Part shown: positions 13,701-28,700 of the stretch, one piece after another
How positions within the stretch are numbered: the first letter of the stretch is position 1
Layout of the letters: each line of letters begins with the position of its first letter
From: Botryllus schlosseri
Lineage: Eukaryota
Direction of reading: 5' to 3'
NCBI GenBank assembly: GCA_051294905.1
Contig: CM119374.1
Coordinates: forward strand, 1,736,001 to 1,800,000
DNA length: 64,000 bases
Translations under genes and position numbers: made by a program
Notes under the pieces: model-generated
The model's database searches: none
Seen by the model: only the letters and a program-made list of their open reading frames with translations
Told to the model about the DNA's origin: nothing

Positions 13701-16700
13701 TACTTCAACACTACTCACAAATTCTTGAGCAGTCACAAAAGGCGGATCAGTATGCCATTCCGAAACTGGAAGACTCAGTCAAGCAACAAAGAATAGTTGG
13801 AAACATTTCATTCTCTCTTGTCCAACACATGCTGCACAACTCACGCAAGAACAGCCAGATTAGATAAACTTATTGATTCTGGAAGATATTTATTCCTGAA
13901 TTGGATATACTCATACGAGTATATTGCTATCTTAGGAAACAACATGAAATTCAGAGCAACTGATTGGCGGTTTTCCACAGTCACTGGAAAATTAATTTAC
14001 AAGCTTTGTTTTCTATCCCAATAGGCAGGAAAGAGTATCAGATCCATTAGATCGAAAAATGCAACACTGCTGTAATGATATTAATCACTAATCACACGCC
14101 AGACTCGCTAACAGCATGAGTGAAAAAGCCACCTGGTAAGTCCTGAACTCAATTGTAAAGTAAACACAGTTCTTCAACAACAAAACGGTAAAACACCAGA
14201 CTAATCAATGATCCCCATTTCACTTACCTGTCTAGCGCATCATCAACACCATAACATACGCTTCGCGTCAATGAGAACGCATGCGATTCCTGTCGAGCAG
14301 TGGTTCTTAACCTGGGGGGCGCGGTAGGCTCTCAGCGGGGCGCGAAAAATTGACAAAGTCTATATAAATTGTAACTAAACATGGCTTTCATAACTCAATC
14401 TTATCGAAAAGATGATTCAACAACAAAGCTTGCTTAATTCAAACTCCAACAGTCGCGTTCAATCGAGTATAGGCTGATTTCAACTTCATTTGAGCAAATT
14501 CTTGATATTCTTCGAAGATTTCGAGCAATACCCACGTGTAAGTCATCCATTATTTCATAGCTTTGGCAGTAGCTTAAAGCTCGGTGCGCTGGGTAGCTGT
14601 TTGTTTGTTTTGGGGTATTCATGGTGTTTGTCGACTGCTGTGGTCATTTACACCAGGTCGATATTCTTCATATTTTCCGTAACTGCCGACTTATAGCACT
14701 GCCCACCTCTAGGCCAGTGGTTCTCAACCGGTGTGCCGCGGCACACTAGTGTGCCAATTGGACTGCTCAGGTGTGCCGCGAGCTAATTCGGTAAACAAGG
14801 TCGAAGTATAACAAAAATTGAGGTATCCAAATTTTGAGTCTGTCATTCTTGTGGATTCCAATGATTCCATTGATTTTACCCGATCAAGACGCGCGATGTA
14901 CAATGTGATGCAGTGAACAGATACAAGGATGTCGAGACGACCATAATCACGGTATCTCAATCTCGCATCCCCATTAGATCGCGGATTGGGTCTTTCTCTG
15001 GGATTTTTATTGTAAACACGCTCTGAGCACAGCAACGTAGGGCCGGAGAATCTCATTAATGTGCGACGCTGCGTAATTCGCTACTGCACTGCCATGAATC
15101 AAACTGGGGCCTCTACCGTCAGTGGGTGTCATACGCTACTTTGCCCACATATAGTAGGCTAGCATTTAGGGCGGCGATAACAAAACTGGGGCAACTGAAG
15201 CGTGATGTTGTGTGAGGCCGGAGGCTGAACAGGGACATTACACAGGTCGATGACCTTTTTCTTATTCTATTTGTAGTCATATTCTTGCCATGTCTTCGCC
15301 ATCGGTGATAATTTTACACCACACCGATATTGCTTATTTAGATTCCGGAGATGCCAACTTCTATAGCAAGCCCCACTTTTTGTAAGACACTGCTTTTTCA
15401 GATCGGAGGACAAGTAGGAGCCTATAAACCTCCAGCACCTAGGAAGGAATTCCCACCATCTAGAATTAAACTAATTTGGAAGTGATATCCACGTTTACAA
15501 ATTAAAAATTGCTAACATAGCCATTCATATTTCGATTGTAACCTAGTGTGCCGGCACTGCAGGTAAATGTAGGCTCAGGGCGCAACGTTGTGTTGTAGGC
15601 GACGGAGTTTAATATTGGGTAGTAAAGCTGATCAAATTATATCAGTTAACTAATTTCCTTGCCGCTGAGGTAGGTTTATTATCCCGGTCTGTTGGAACTA
15701 TAATTGAACTGCGTGTGGCTGCCAGTAACACTATTGAGTTATTGCTATCCTCACAGGTGCTATTACACGATATGCGTGGAAATGCGTTTGGCATCCATGC
15801 ATAGTATATACGCCTGTACGCCGCTGTATTTGTTAGTGGGGATCGTGGGAAGATTTTATTGTCAAGTCGATCTTATGAAATTAAGCTCAGCCCGAAGTTT
15901 GAACGACATCTCAGCAGGTCAGTTAGGTGGTAGCAGAGGCTGATAATTCAAAACCTCACACGGAAGCGGGGAACGTTCTTCTTCCATCCTGTACTAGAAT
16001 TGTAAAAAATATTGTTTGGGAAGAATTGAAAACGATGCCCATGTCAAATGATACCATTTGTAGACGTATTTGTGACATGTCCATAGAGATAAAAAAAAAC
16101 TAATGTCTTCTTTGAAGCAGAGAAAAGCCAACTTGAGCGCTCCAAAAAGGTAGAAGTAGCCTACTTCGTCAGTGACCACCTCTGTAGGACTGTGGTTGCT
16201 GCTACGCATTCTGGTAGTTTGCCTGTGACGTAGGCCAAAAGATTTCTGAACCACTGTTCTAGTGTGCCGCGAACTATTTTACTGTTCAAAGTGTGCCGCG
16301 AGGTCAAAGAGGTTGAGAACCACTGCTCTAGGCTTTTGTAAGACACCGCTGACGCGGATGAGGTGGCGAGGAGGAGCCTAGGTGCACCTCCAACACTTAG
16401 GTATCGGAATTCGGAAGTCGACCTCGGTCGAACTCGAACCCGCACCCATTGGTGTTGCAGCCACGGATTATACCACTGCGCTATCTAGCTGTTGTTAATA
16501 GCTTGCGAACCGCACTGCCTAAGACACACTTGGATGCAATATAGGTGGCCAGGTTTCGCCCTCAATTAGGTTACCCTAAATCAACACAATTTAATTCAAT
16601 TCCAAACCTGATCCAATTTATCATGGCAGGAAAACACGACACCGTGCTTTTTGTAGTCACTATACCAGCCTTAGGACTAGACTCAATGCAACCTACCTTA

Positions 16701-19700
16701 AAATAAATTGATGTCCTGTTTAATGTTTTTTGTCATTTTCAAGTTTGGGGAAATTTGTCAAAATGTAAAAGACTCAATAACTAGAATGCGGATTCAAACT
16801 TTGCGTAAGATATACCATAACTATACTATTAGATCAGGGACGGGCAACCTGCGGCCGTGAAAGGGAATTTGTTCGGTCGTCGAATCCTAATTCAATTAGT
16901 ATGTGTTGGCGGCCGTTGACATGCAATCTGAAATTATAAATTCACTCCCAAATTTTTGAGAGGTTTCAATTATTCTTATTATTTTCTTCGCGCTCTGCGC
17001 AATTCAACACGACTTCATTTTTCGATTTTAATATAGTAGCGCCCTTCTCGATCAGAGCCGGAGTCAGAATCGTGTGCTCCTCACGAAAGAAATTTGTTTA
17101 TGGTATATATAGGCGATATCAATATATTTCCACTACCGATATAATCGACAATCCTGATTAGGGTCACGAAATAACAGCATTCAACAAAGTGACTAATAAA
17201 AATTTGCCCACCCGAAGATGCATTATCATTTGTAACTTGCCCTAAATTTTCGAAAGCACTCCCTCAATCAACTCTACCTGTAAATCTGATCACATGGGCT
17301 GGGAAATAATTATTATTTAAATAGTAATATGTGATACTGCTAGAGTGCTAGAAATAATTACCGAATTCATTTTTGAATCTGAAAACAATTCGCGCTCCGC
17401 GCGACAATATGCAATCCCAGAAACTATTCATGACCTTGCCACTCGTGATTTCGGTGCGTACAATAGGCCGTTGTGAAAAGTAGAGTATAGTCCGGAGTTT
17501 ACCGGGAATGGATATGGACAGTTTACCATAGGTATTTTGTGTCCAGTTAGTGCATTACGGCTATGCCCTAGAATGCGGCCGTGGGCTACATAAGTAATCG
17601 AAATGCGGCCGTGAATAGCAAACAGCAAAAAGTTTGACAACTTATATATTAGATCATGTGCTCGTTTTAATATGATGATAAGTGCAGGGGGGTCAGGGGC
17701 GCAAGTTTTTTGACCATCGCCAAGGGCGCCGCATGTCCAAAAAGGTCGAGAACCGCTGGAATTTTTTAGTGCATGAAAAACGGCGACATGCACACGGATG
17801 CAGCGGATGAATTGCATAAAAAGTAGCCAGAATTTGTTTTTAAGGTACAAGGCATGGGAAACGGACTGAAAACCTAGACTTTTTGAAAGTCGGTCAATTC
17901 TAAACAACCCTAATGTGCATGGCTGCTCATTATTTCTTAAGTAATCACGTACTATTGCAGGTCCTTTATGCGAGGATATTTGCCGATTCGAATGCTTGGA
18001 AAATCGCACTTGTGCATGCAGAGATGATATATGCACCGAAGGTATTTGTAGATCATTCATCACTACATATTAGTGTAGCCAATGCAAGGTAGGAATATTA
18101 AGTTCGGAAACATAAGAAAATTACCATTAATAATACTGGTCAAGATATATTTTTAGGCAGACACAGTAAGAGTGGTTTTGTGGGTTCTAAAAGACACCGA
18201 TTCCGAATATGACCATGTGTTTTTTTCAATTTGGCTCTTGTTTTGGAGATAATCCATTGGGCACTTTTGACCAAAATCTCCTATTTTCCATGTAATGGCT
18301 AAATAGAAAATCGGCTCAGTCGTACTATAAAGTTTAGAAATTTATTCGACTTGTTATTATTACACACAAAAGACTCTTTTAATTAAAATTAGGCGACATC
18401 ACTATATTTAGGGGTATTAGAATGACTTTCATGGATATCATGTACATAAATAATCTCCAGTCATGTATATAAGTATTTACCTAGATACTCAAATAACATG
18501 GTGTTAATTCAATCAGTTTTACGTCCACCACCTATTGTAAATTTGAAATAATCAGTTGGTATATAATATTATTCATTTCTTTTACAGCACAGTTTTTGTA
18601 CTATTTTCGCCTGTAAGCAATTTTGTGCAGTTTCTCGAAAGGTTCCAGCAATGGTCTGCCATAATACGTTCATCCCATCTGCCCTAATATCTTTCTTTTG
18701 TTGTTTTAATGTCTTGGTGGAACCTCCTCTCCTCTTGATAATCAACAAGATCAGCAGGAAATATATATCAAGATGACTGAACAGGAAGTAAACTTTTATG
18801 GCCATGTTTGATCCACGTTTTCCATATGCAGATAGGAGTTTTCGGGCCAACTGTTTGTAGTTCAACACATCTCAAGATAAATTCCATTTCTTTCCTAATA
18901 TGAAATTGGAATCTTTCATCCGTATTCGAATCTGAAATCTATCAAAGATACCAGATGCAAGCTTCTCGTTTGATAGGGAAACTATAGGTATGCCCACTTC
19001 GTTGACTCAGCGGAAGATTATCTATTTACAAGTCAAAAGAAATGGGACGCATATGAGTATTGTAGTTAAGCTTTTCAATGAAAAATTTTCAGAGGTGGTC
19101 AAAGTAGTCGAGAAAGCTACTCAAGAAGAAGTAAAAGTAGCGACGAAAAAATCTACTCAAGTACGGGTAGAAGTACTTCTTACAGCAGCAACGTAAAACT
19201 ACTTGAAGTAGGAGTAGAATTGACTGACTTTAAATCTACTCAAGTAAGTAGGTAGTTGTGGAAACGATCGTAATTCGTTCGCATGGAATGTTAAATGCTG
19301 CATATCGAGCTATACGGAAATGGAGAGAGCTTGATTCATATTGATGCATCCCCGGAGGTGTCAATTTTTGACAGAATAAGCAGTACGTCGTCCACATCAT
19401 GGGATGTAAATGATAGTTTCGGTATGGAAATGCGATACTAATCCTTGTTTACTCGAATACCCCGTTTTATAGAATATCATGGCATGGCGCCCTTCCCCAT
19501 ATTATAAGGCCCCTCGTTCAGTCGAAGAGCAATACGGAGAAGTTGTGTCGGATATGACTTTAACGCTTTGCGCGATTAGTATACGGTGATTAAAAATATG
19601 GCGGATCATAAAAATGTCTTATTGTGTATAGCTTTATTTTCGGAAAATATAAGGCACTGCTGCACTTGCTTTTATACTTAAACATGTTCCAGACAAAAGA

Positions 19701-22700
19701 ACTGAAACTATAATTAGAATGCAACGTGTAATTACTCGTTATTGAAAGAAAACAACAAATACTGTACTATACTTCTGAAAAGCAGAAAATGTATTTCACG
19801 TCGTTTGTCCAGAAAGTTTTAACGGCGGTTTGCTAAAACAGGTCAACTTCAAAAAAAGTCAAATTCCACTTTTTTCAGATTAGGACACGTCATGGGCTGC
19901 TAGGTATAATAGGAAATTGCTAGTTTCAAACGTTATGAGGGACCACACTTACTGTGATCAAATGTTTGATATAGGCGACAATGCGGTGTGAACGGAACCA
20001 CGCAACCCGGTATCCAAATTGTGTTCAGCTATACTTTCGTTAAGATATATTTGTCACTCCGTATCTACTGTGCGCGAAGCGCAACTTATGAAAATTAAAT
20101 GTTGGTACTACGTGAAAACAGCCCCGAAATTCCTTTAGCTATCTTTCTTATTAGGGGATTAAACTATTTCTACTTGACAAACTGAAAATAGCGAAAATTA
20201 AGTAAGCAGCTCACAAAATATTACGAAGTAGAAGTAGCGAAATAAAGATCTACTTGAGTAAGTACGAAAAGTAGAGGAAAACTACTTGAGTACTTCAAAA
20301 AAGTAAAAGTACTTTGTTACTGACCACCTCTGCAAATTTTATAGCTTTATACTGCTCTTTAATCTTGGTAGAATGACCAATTGACACAGGAGAATATGTG
20401 TTTCAATTGTGCAGAAGTATAATTTTTAGTCTTGACAAACTATTTTTTCGACAAACAAATATTTCGCACCAGGTAATGTAAATATTGATAGAATGACTGA
20501 GAACGACATGAGGATTCTTCATAGTCAATTATCTATTTATGCGCAGTATGAAATTAGAAAAAACTACGATTTTCTTCATATCAAGAGGAATATGCAAGGG
20601 TGAACACAGTAATTTTGGGCTTTTTAGGGGTATAGATATCTCCTGAACAAGAGCTAATCTGGCAAAACTAATGTGATACTCGTAATCAGCAACCTTGAAA
20701 ACCCCAGAAACGGCTCTCAGATGATCTGTCAATTTTGTTTTTCATTTTGTTGACCACTGTAATCAATAAACAATGGAACTCGTTAATTCAGATTGTATGG
20801 CGTAAATAAGTAATTGAAAAATATTGACTATACAATTTGTCCGTGTCTTTTCTCGACAGTATGTCCTACATGTACAAATAATTCGGAATGTTTGGACTTC
20901 CGCTGTCAATGCAAGGGAGGATATGAAGGTATAAATGGTGAGGAATCAAACTGCGTCGGTAAGTTGACTTGAATTTTCCAACTAATCTTCCTGAAATTTT
21001 CTGTGCACATCCAAAATATTTTGAATTTCTAGATTTAGTTATTGAATGTTCCATTTCTGGACAAAAATTGGGGAGATATATATTCTGAATTATTTTTAAA
21101 TTATTATGTATTTGTGAAAAGATATTGACGAATGCTTGGACAACAAGACTTGCGCTTCGACAAGACAATTATGTGAAAACGTACCTGGGACTTATCAATG
21201 CACCTGCAATGAAGGCTACGTGCCATCCGAAAACGGAGAAGATTGCATAAGTTAACAAGCACTACAACCGCAACACCAGATATAAGAGCTTAATTTCGAT
21301 ATGTTGAATTTAGAAAACTTATGTGAGTCGAGCGATTGTGGGGCGAATGCAGCTTGTTACGTGGATTCAACAAATGACTGTTCCTGCTTTGTGGGATTCG
21401 TTGGGGACCCAGGAGTTGCATGTTTCGGTGATTATAAAAATATGCGATTTATACGATACACTGATTAGTTCAAGGCCCGTATCACCTGCACACACATTGA
21501 CTGTAATGTTTAACTAGCTTGAAAATGTTGACGACAAAAAGAGGAATGATATCAGTATTTAATTTGCCGAATTGAAGAACTGGTATAGTTTGGATGTGTA
21601 ATTTACCAATTAGTGGCTGTCACGCATACCACTGCCTATTCGTCAACCCCTGAAATCAATGAAAATATCACAATATTTTATTCCTTGCACATACTGTTGA
21701 TTCGTTTGAACATAATTGCATTGTTAGCATCGTCGCGAAATGCACTGGGATAGTATGTCATTGCCGAACATAATACGGACAATGAGCATATGCGACATCG
21801 CATGAAGTTTAAACTGCTTCATACAAACAATATCTAATAATAGATAAATTCTCCCATGAGTTGTAATGATGATATACGGCCGGTCATGGCCTTTATGACG
21901 GTAGTATACATCTCCAATCTGTTTTGATGGATGAAGGAATAAGCGATATGTAAGTCGTAGTAATACAGCCGAAGTCATTCAAAGTTACTTACATTTTCTA
22001 GAGTGGTCGACATGTCATCGAATTGAGACTTTGTCATTTGTGGTTTATTCGCAAATGTAACCGGATAAGTAGGTGATATAGTATGGGTGACGTGCACAGT
22101 TCTTTGTGCGGTTAACTTATAGTCACGAGTCTTTTAATATTTTTCATGTGGCGAGTCGGAGTAAAATTATTAAAGGCTAGCGACATGAGTTGATTTGGCG
22201 CTAATCGGCTGACAACCGTTTGTACCACGGTCAATGACATTGTATAGGTATGAAAAATAACAAAACATCAAAATGAAGTTGAAACACTCAGGTCATAAAA
22301 GGCGGTTACACGACTAGCGCCAAGTGAATTCATTCTTTCATTAATTCATACTTCTGTATAAACCATTAATTCTCAAAACTGTTTCAGACACGCTCCACTT
22401 TATGATAGTGAAAAATTTCGCGCCCCCCCTCATCGCCATATTACAAGATGCAACCAGAATGCTAGTAATCCCAGCGAATATGTTAAAGGCATAAGGTGTT
22501 ATGACTGCTGATGAGATAATTCTCCAATATGAAATTCGGACTATAGACAGAGAACCAAGTACGAATTGGAGGTAAATCGCGCAGTGATCAAGTTTACCAC
22601 AGCTTCGACCCCCTATTCAGATGCTTTCACGCCCCCCAGTTTATAAACCACTGGTATATACGACATGAAGACATACATAGCTCCATAGTTCACGTTTTCA

Positions 22701-25700
22701 GTGAATATTTTCTTTATAACATGAGGCGCGTGGATGATGTCAAGATAAATTTGAATATTTTGATATTGGACTAGTTGCAGACGAACTCCCTGACGAATGT
22801 CAGTCCGAAATATTCGGGCATATTGCAACATAAAAATATTATTCAATTCGATGTCGCATGGGTGATTCCATGTAACGTCGAAAATATTGCATCAATAACG
22901 TCAAATATTATAACTATAGTTGGGAATCGTTTTAGCCAAGATTAATCATTATACAATTATTATGATTTTTCAAGACGTAGATGAATGTGAAGCAGGCACG
23001 TTCTCGTGTCCCGATGGCGAAATCTGTCGCAACACGATCGGATCCTATTACTGCGAATGTATTGTTGGATACACATGGTCTGAAAGTGATGTTTGCATTC
23101 CAAGTGAGTACTGATCGCAACAGAACAAGTAGGCTATATTGGCTATCCACGTTACAAATAGTGAACAAACTAATCAAATGGAAAGTTTTTGTCTCGATGT
23201 TTGCGGTCAATATATGAATGTTATAAAAAGTTTGTTCGGCGTAACAAGTTATATTCGGAATATGCATCGTATGCCCGAATAATAATCGCACAGCCATGTA
23301 GTTAAAAAATACGAACGAATATAGACATATTTGCAAAATTATTGGAAAGGTGTCGGTATTTTCTTCATACGCGTAGTGAGCCATACGTCACACGTTGTCG
23401 CGGGTTATTTTTGTCCATTATCTGCTCCGTTCCCAAGAATGACCCTTAATTACACAAATGTACAGTTCTTCATAGCAGTGTCCATCGCTGAGCATACAGA
23501 TTCCACAATATGTGAATCCGAAAGGAAAAATCAACACTTAGCTGTGGTGCTAAATTTACCTCAGTCCTAATACTCCCCACTGCCAAACAATTCGTATATT
23601 CTAAGATCAAAGTGTATCAGCGCATTATGAATATACGGATTGCAGGCCGGCGCTGCAGCAGATTGAATTATATGCATCCCGATGCTTATCTTGTACCGAC
23701 TGCTCTGTCAATGTACACGCTAAAAAGGACTTTCATCTTCGTCAGTGATTTCGACATGCATTTGCAGTATCGACCGTACAGAATAATGATTGTCCCTTCC
23801 TTGATTATCAACTTTTGAACTCAGGTGATCATAGTCCTGACGATAAGAAACCTTTGAGTCAAGTGCAAATGAGCTCATTTAGTGTAGGATATTACTTTAC
23901 GCCGCACTCTGAGCCAGTTCACTTCAGTTCAATTGTCAAACACTAATATCGAAGCCGCCACTAACAAACAATAAACACAGAATGGAACAACATCGGTGTG
24001 TATAAAGACAGCATGTGCAACATGTTGTATGTTAAAGCTGTGATCAATTGCTTATTCGCAAGTGATGTGTGGCTAAACTGTTCTTTGTGACTTTGATTGA
24101 ATGCTAAATATGCTAATCGTGTAATTTAAATCTTTGATTACCGAATTAACGCAGCATTTGAACAATCCATTGCAGTTACATGTCCATCAGTTGTGATCCA
24201 GTGTAGCAGTTTGGATTTCCTATATGAACTTTGCGAAAGTGCAATGGACCAAGTCACAAACATCACATTCCCTCCAGCTTGGGCTGGATATTCAGTGACA
24301 TCAGAAACAACTTGTGGTGAAAGCACGACGAACGGTGAGATACGCGATTGTGAATTGTGGTCGAAACACTGAGGGGTGTTGATACCAGCGGGTCTGTGAC
24401 AGCAAACCAACGGCCAGCCACCGCTAGTGAATGGTTCTCGTGGGATCGCCATGTGTTAATTAGTGCAATCTTACAAAAGTCTGCAATATTTTACTTCACG
24501 TGTGTCGTGCCACTGCACCTGTGCTTCATAGAAGAACAAGATAACGAGATTGTCATTGTATATGGTCTATCAGTCAGGGCTGTAGATTCCGTCAATTTTA
24601 GTATCGACTCAGGCTAGGCTCCGACTCCTACTCCAAACATTTTTAATATGCCGACACAGAATCCGGAATCTTTAAACGTACCGACTCCCACTCCGGCTCC
24701 GACTACAATAGTATTACCAATTTCCTTAGAAAATTATATGCCCCAGTGACGGTTGAATGACTATCATATAACCATTATACATATAAAAATATATGATTAA
24801 CTGTGCCATGCAAAATAGTTTCATTGTGGCACTGCTCGAATTATTCACTATGCAATTAATATGAAAAATGCCTTTCTAAATATCCCTCCTTTTTCATATT
24901 TTATAAGTTTTTATAACATCGACTTTGCAATATTCTAACATCTATGAATCATTCAAACATGACATATATCGAAACCTGTATAATTAAACGAAGTTAAAAA
25001 ATCGAAGTCTAGCTCTTGTATATGAGTCGGAAACTAACTAGGAGATTTAACTTACTAATTGTATTCTTACACATTATACTGATTACAAGAACACACACTC
25101 TTACTACTAATATACATTGGTCTTTAAAATATGGGAAGTAGTCAAATAGCAGAACCTATCTCTAGTCTACATGCACTTAGTCAAGTATTCGAGCAATATG
25201 ACTTGCAGTCTTTTTTAATCATTTGTTCGACTCAGGCAGCTAAGCTACACAACAAATATGTTTAATTTTATCAAGTGGCAAGCATCGTTTGGTTATATTT
25301 CCATCAATGTTACAAAACCTGACGATGCATTTTCTCTGTCACAGGATCATGGAATAATTCCAAAAATTGCATCAATTTGTGATTGCATCGCGAATTTGCA
25401 TATTGCGATTTTCTTCCTTTATGCAACTGAATTGTAATTTCCGAATAATGCCCAATTTTATGTATATTTGTAGAGACCAACCTTTTCGGCCAAAGCAACA
25501 CATGAGATTTATCAACTATTGCGCGGGCAACTAGAATGTTGATAACTTTTTTAATATTCGTCCAATAGGAACGAATAAAATTAGGTATAATTGAAAACAA
25601 GACTTATGTACTACGCTTTAAAATTGATAACAATTACGTCATGCAAATGTGCTGTACGAGGCCATGTCAGGGTCGCGCAAAGCGCGACATTTTTTTAAAA

Positions 25701-28700
25701 GCTACTAATTATTGCTATCAATAAATATGTTACTTACATATATTGGGGATCGCATCTGTAAACCACTGGACTCATTTGGCAAGGACAGGATTATTCGGCG
25801 TTCATACATAGCAATATCCACGATTTCGGTACCTCTATCATTGTGTGCAGATGTTTCGTCGACGACGATCTCGCTGAGAGCGGGCGAGCGAAGACGAATG
25901 TTGGACGACACGTTATCTCCTGATTGCGACTATAGTTAGATTCAATTCGGTGAATAACGAGTATTTATGATTTTCAAGTGGACTCCAATACTGAATGCAA
26001 GAAATCTAGTGACAATAAATCACGCGAATGACGGGACGTGCCTGCAGCAGAACTTGCTGCTTTAGTCATCATCAAATTCCGCAGCCAGGCTAATCAAACT
26101 TTGGTTGACCTTGAAATTTTACCTGGTGTTCTAAATAATTTCGAGAATTACCTCGCAGGCCACACCGGTGTTGGGATCAAGTCACTACCTTTGAGTCACA
26201 AGTCATTTCGAGTCATTGCACATTTTGACTCGAGTCACGTCAAGTCAATCGAGAAATATATATATTTTGCTTTTCAATTACTTTAATACTATTTTACACG
26301 ACAACGTAAGCTGTAAGCTTCGATCACTTCGTTCGTGGTTAATTCAATTGCGAGAGACCAATCGAGGCACAATAAAACGCACGATCATTGAATGATTGGT
26401 TGCTCTCAAGGGTTATACCAGCGTTTCGCGCAAAATCCGAAAATATGCAAGATACAGTGATTTATATCGACACCGATTACTTAACGACTTGAAATTGACT
26501 CGTGACTATGAGAAAAATCCACATTTCTGATACACCGCGCCAAGTCAAGTCAAGTCATTTTTGCAAAGTGACTCGAGTCAGGTCAAGTCTTACAAAAAAG
26601 TTGAGTCAAGTCAATATAGCACTGGTCCACACAAAACCTTCCCGCGGGCGACGGATTGTACAACAAATTTGGCTCAATTTCAACAACTAGAAGCGAAGTA
26701 ATTGCCGTAGAAAAATTTCTAATTCCACGATTTTATAATAAATATAATTAAAGAGTTAGTCACCGTGAATACTAGTTTATTCAAATCCAAGTTTTTCTTC
26801 CGCAATAACTTCGCTTCGAGTTGTTGGAGTTGAGCCAAATTTATTGTACGTTGTCTCTACTGTCAGCCTAACAATTTTATGAAGTCGGCAGAAAAATTTT
26901 AAAATTTGTGTTTTTGTTTTTTATTTAATAAATTCAAAACTTTCTACTGCACTAATCTCGCTTCTGCGGGTTGGAATTGAGCCAAAGTTGGTGTGCAGCG
27001 TTTTATTAACCAACCTAACAATTTTATCAAGTAGCCAGTGAAATCTCAAGGAAAAGTTTTTTCTTTGAACAGCCCAAATGTACATTCAACTCTATATTTG
27101 GTGTTTGGTGGAACGTGAATAACCAATTAATCTCTAGCCTATTTCATACAGCTAGCAAAATGTGATGACTTTGAATCGTCATATATACTTCGAAAATTCA
27201 ATTGGACTCGAATTCTGACTTGACTCGTGACGAGACTTGACTTGACCCGAATCAAAATGTGCATTAACTCAAGAAGACTTGTGACTAGAAGGTAGTGACT
27301 TGATCGCAACACTGTCATAGAACGAGAGGAACATATACTACTACCATTGTGCACATCTCTTAACTCGCATGAATAACACGGATAAACATTTTTACGCCAT
27401 GTATATAATTTGGTATATTGAAATATATCAGTGGCAAATTCATACGATATTTCATTTCAGTCAACACACCTCTTGGCTCGAGGTTTTGTGAACTTGACGG
27501 CACGTGGTCAACAGTAACATGGCTTATGTCCTGTGGAACTGGACTTTCGGTAAGAACAGTGCTACTGTCAATATTTGTAAGAATTCAGGAGTAAAGCAGT
27601 GGTGATAAATAAATATTAGAACTTGGTGTAATACAGAAAGTGGATTAGTTGATAAAGTAGTTTCTGAATATTTCGATAACCGCGTTCAATATAAATTTAG
27701 ACTCGATAAGATGCGAGACAACGCAAGTCATGAGCCACAACATCCATGGCCATAGTCTGGAATTCGGGAAACGACGTATTTGTTCTACTTACTTATGCAG
27801 CCACGGTATCTTCAAAGTAAAATTGTGGTGCTCATCAGTAATTTGACTTCTGCTGGTTTTAATTCCCGTTCGACTACATCGGTTTCACGTCTGGAATAAC
27901 CCATTTTCCAATTATTATATTTTACAAGTAGAAAGCAGTTTGTGTAGTTAGGTTTTTGGTCACTTCTAACACAATCATATAAACCACTGAAAGACATAAT
28001 ACGTTTTACCACTTCTCTTATTGATATATGATGGTGCTTGCTGCAATTAAAAAGCTTGGTAATCTTTACAACCTGCAAACATGTGAACGTCTGAAAGTCC
28101 TGATTCTACTAAAATCTTTCGAAAATATTGGATTTTTCCATTGATGCAAACGTCCATGTAGTTACTTGTGGTTCCTTTTCACTAAAATCAGTAACTATAT
28201 AGTCACTACTTAAATAAATATCTATATAATAATCTGCCCTGTTCACGCGGTAGGAACAAAGGACCACAGTTATTTCGTGACTCCAAAATCATAGATAAAA
28301 TGGATCGACAGACATTCACATCACTGCCTAACGAATAATGTAGGTGTAAATAATCGAAATATAATTATTTTTCATAACATCGAACATTTATATATATTGG
28401 ATGAATTGATATGCAGGACGTTGCGGGTCAAACAATTGAAACCGAAGAGCAACGGCAACAGGTGTCTGCCAGTCTACAGATACTGACTGCTGATCCCGAA
28501 AAAGTCAAAAGTGATGATGTGGTTCTGACGTCAGTGGCCATTAATAGCGTCATCAGTTCAGCTGATATTATTACAGAAACTGTGAGTTTATCTATTTCAA
28601 CTTATGCTGAAGCGTATATAGCGGAACACTAATAACAGCAGCATGTTTTCTTTAGTAGCTGTCACATCATGATGGGATTATGCAATATTTTCTCGACGTA

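Noticed and set aside
13180-14000. Possible LINE endonuclease/ORF1 remnant on the minus strand
   Set aside because: Too degenerate to recover diagnostic motifs by eye.
16385-16492. tRNA gene on the minus strand
   Set aside because: A and B boxes are present but the anticodon and acceptor stems do not pair properly, and it runs into a SINE-like body.
17428-18063. Longest ORF in the track (211 aa, minus strand)
   Set aside because: Crosses the ends of unrelated MITE fragments and has no recognisable motif: chance ORF.
19290-19401. Exon-like block ending in a gtatgg donor
   Set aside because: Inside MITE 19090-20332, with no acceptor and an upstream in-frame stop.
24138-24452. Minus-strand ORF of 104 aa (and similar ORFs antisense to exons, e.g. 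22932-23384, 11500-11712, 54824-55027)
   Set aside because: Antisense shadows of real + strand exons.
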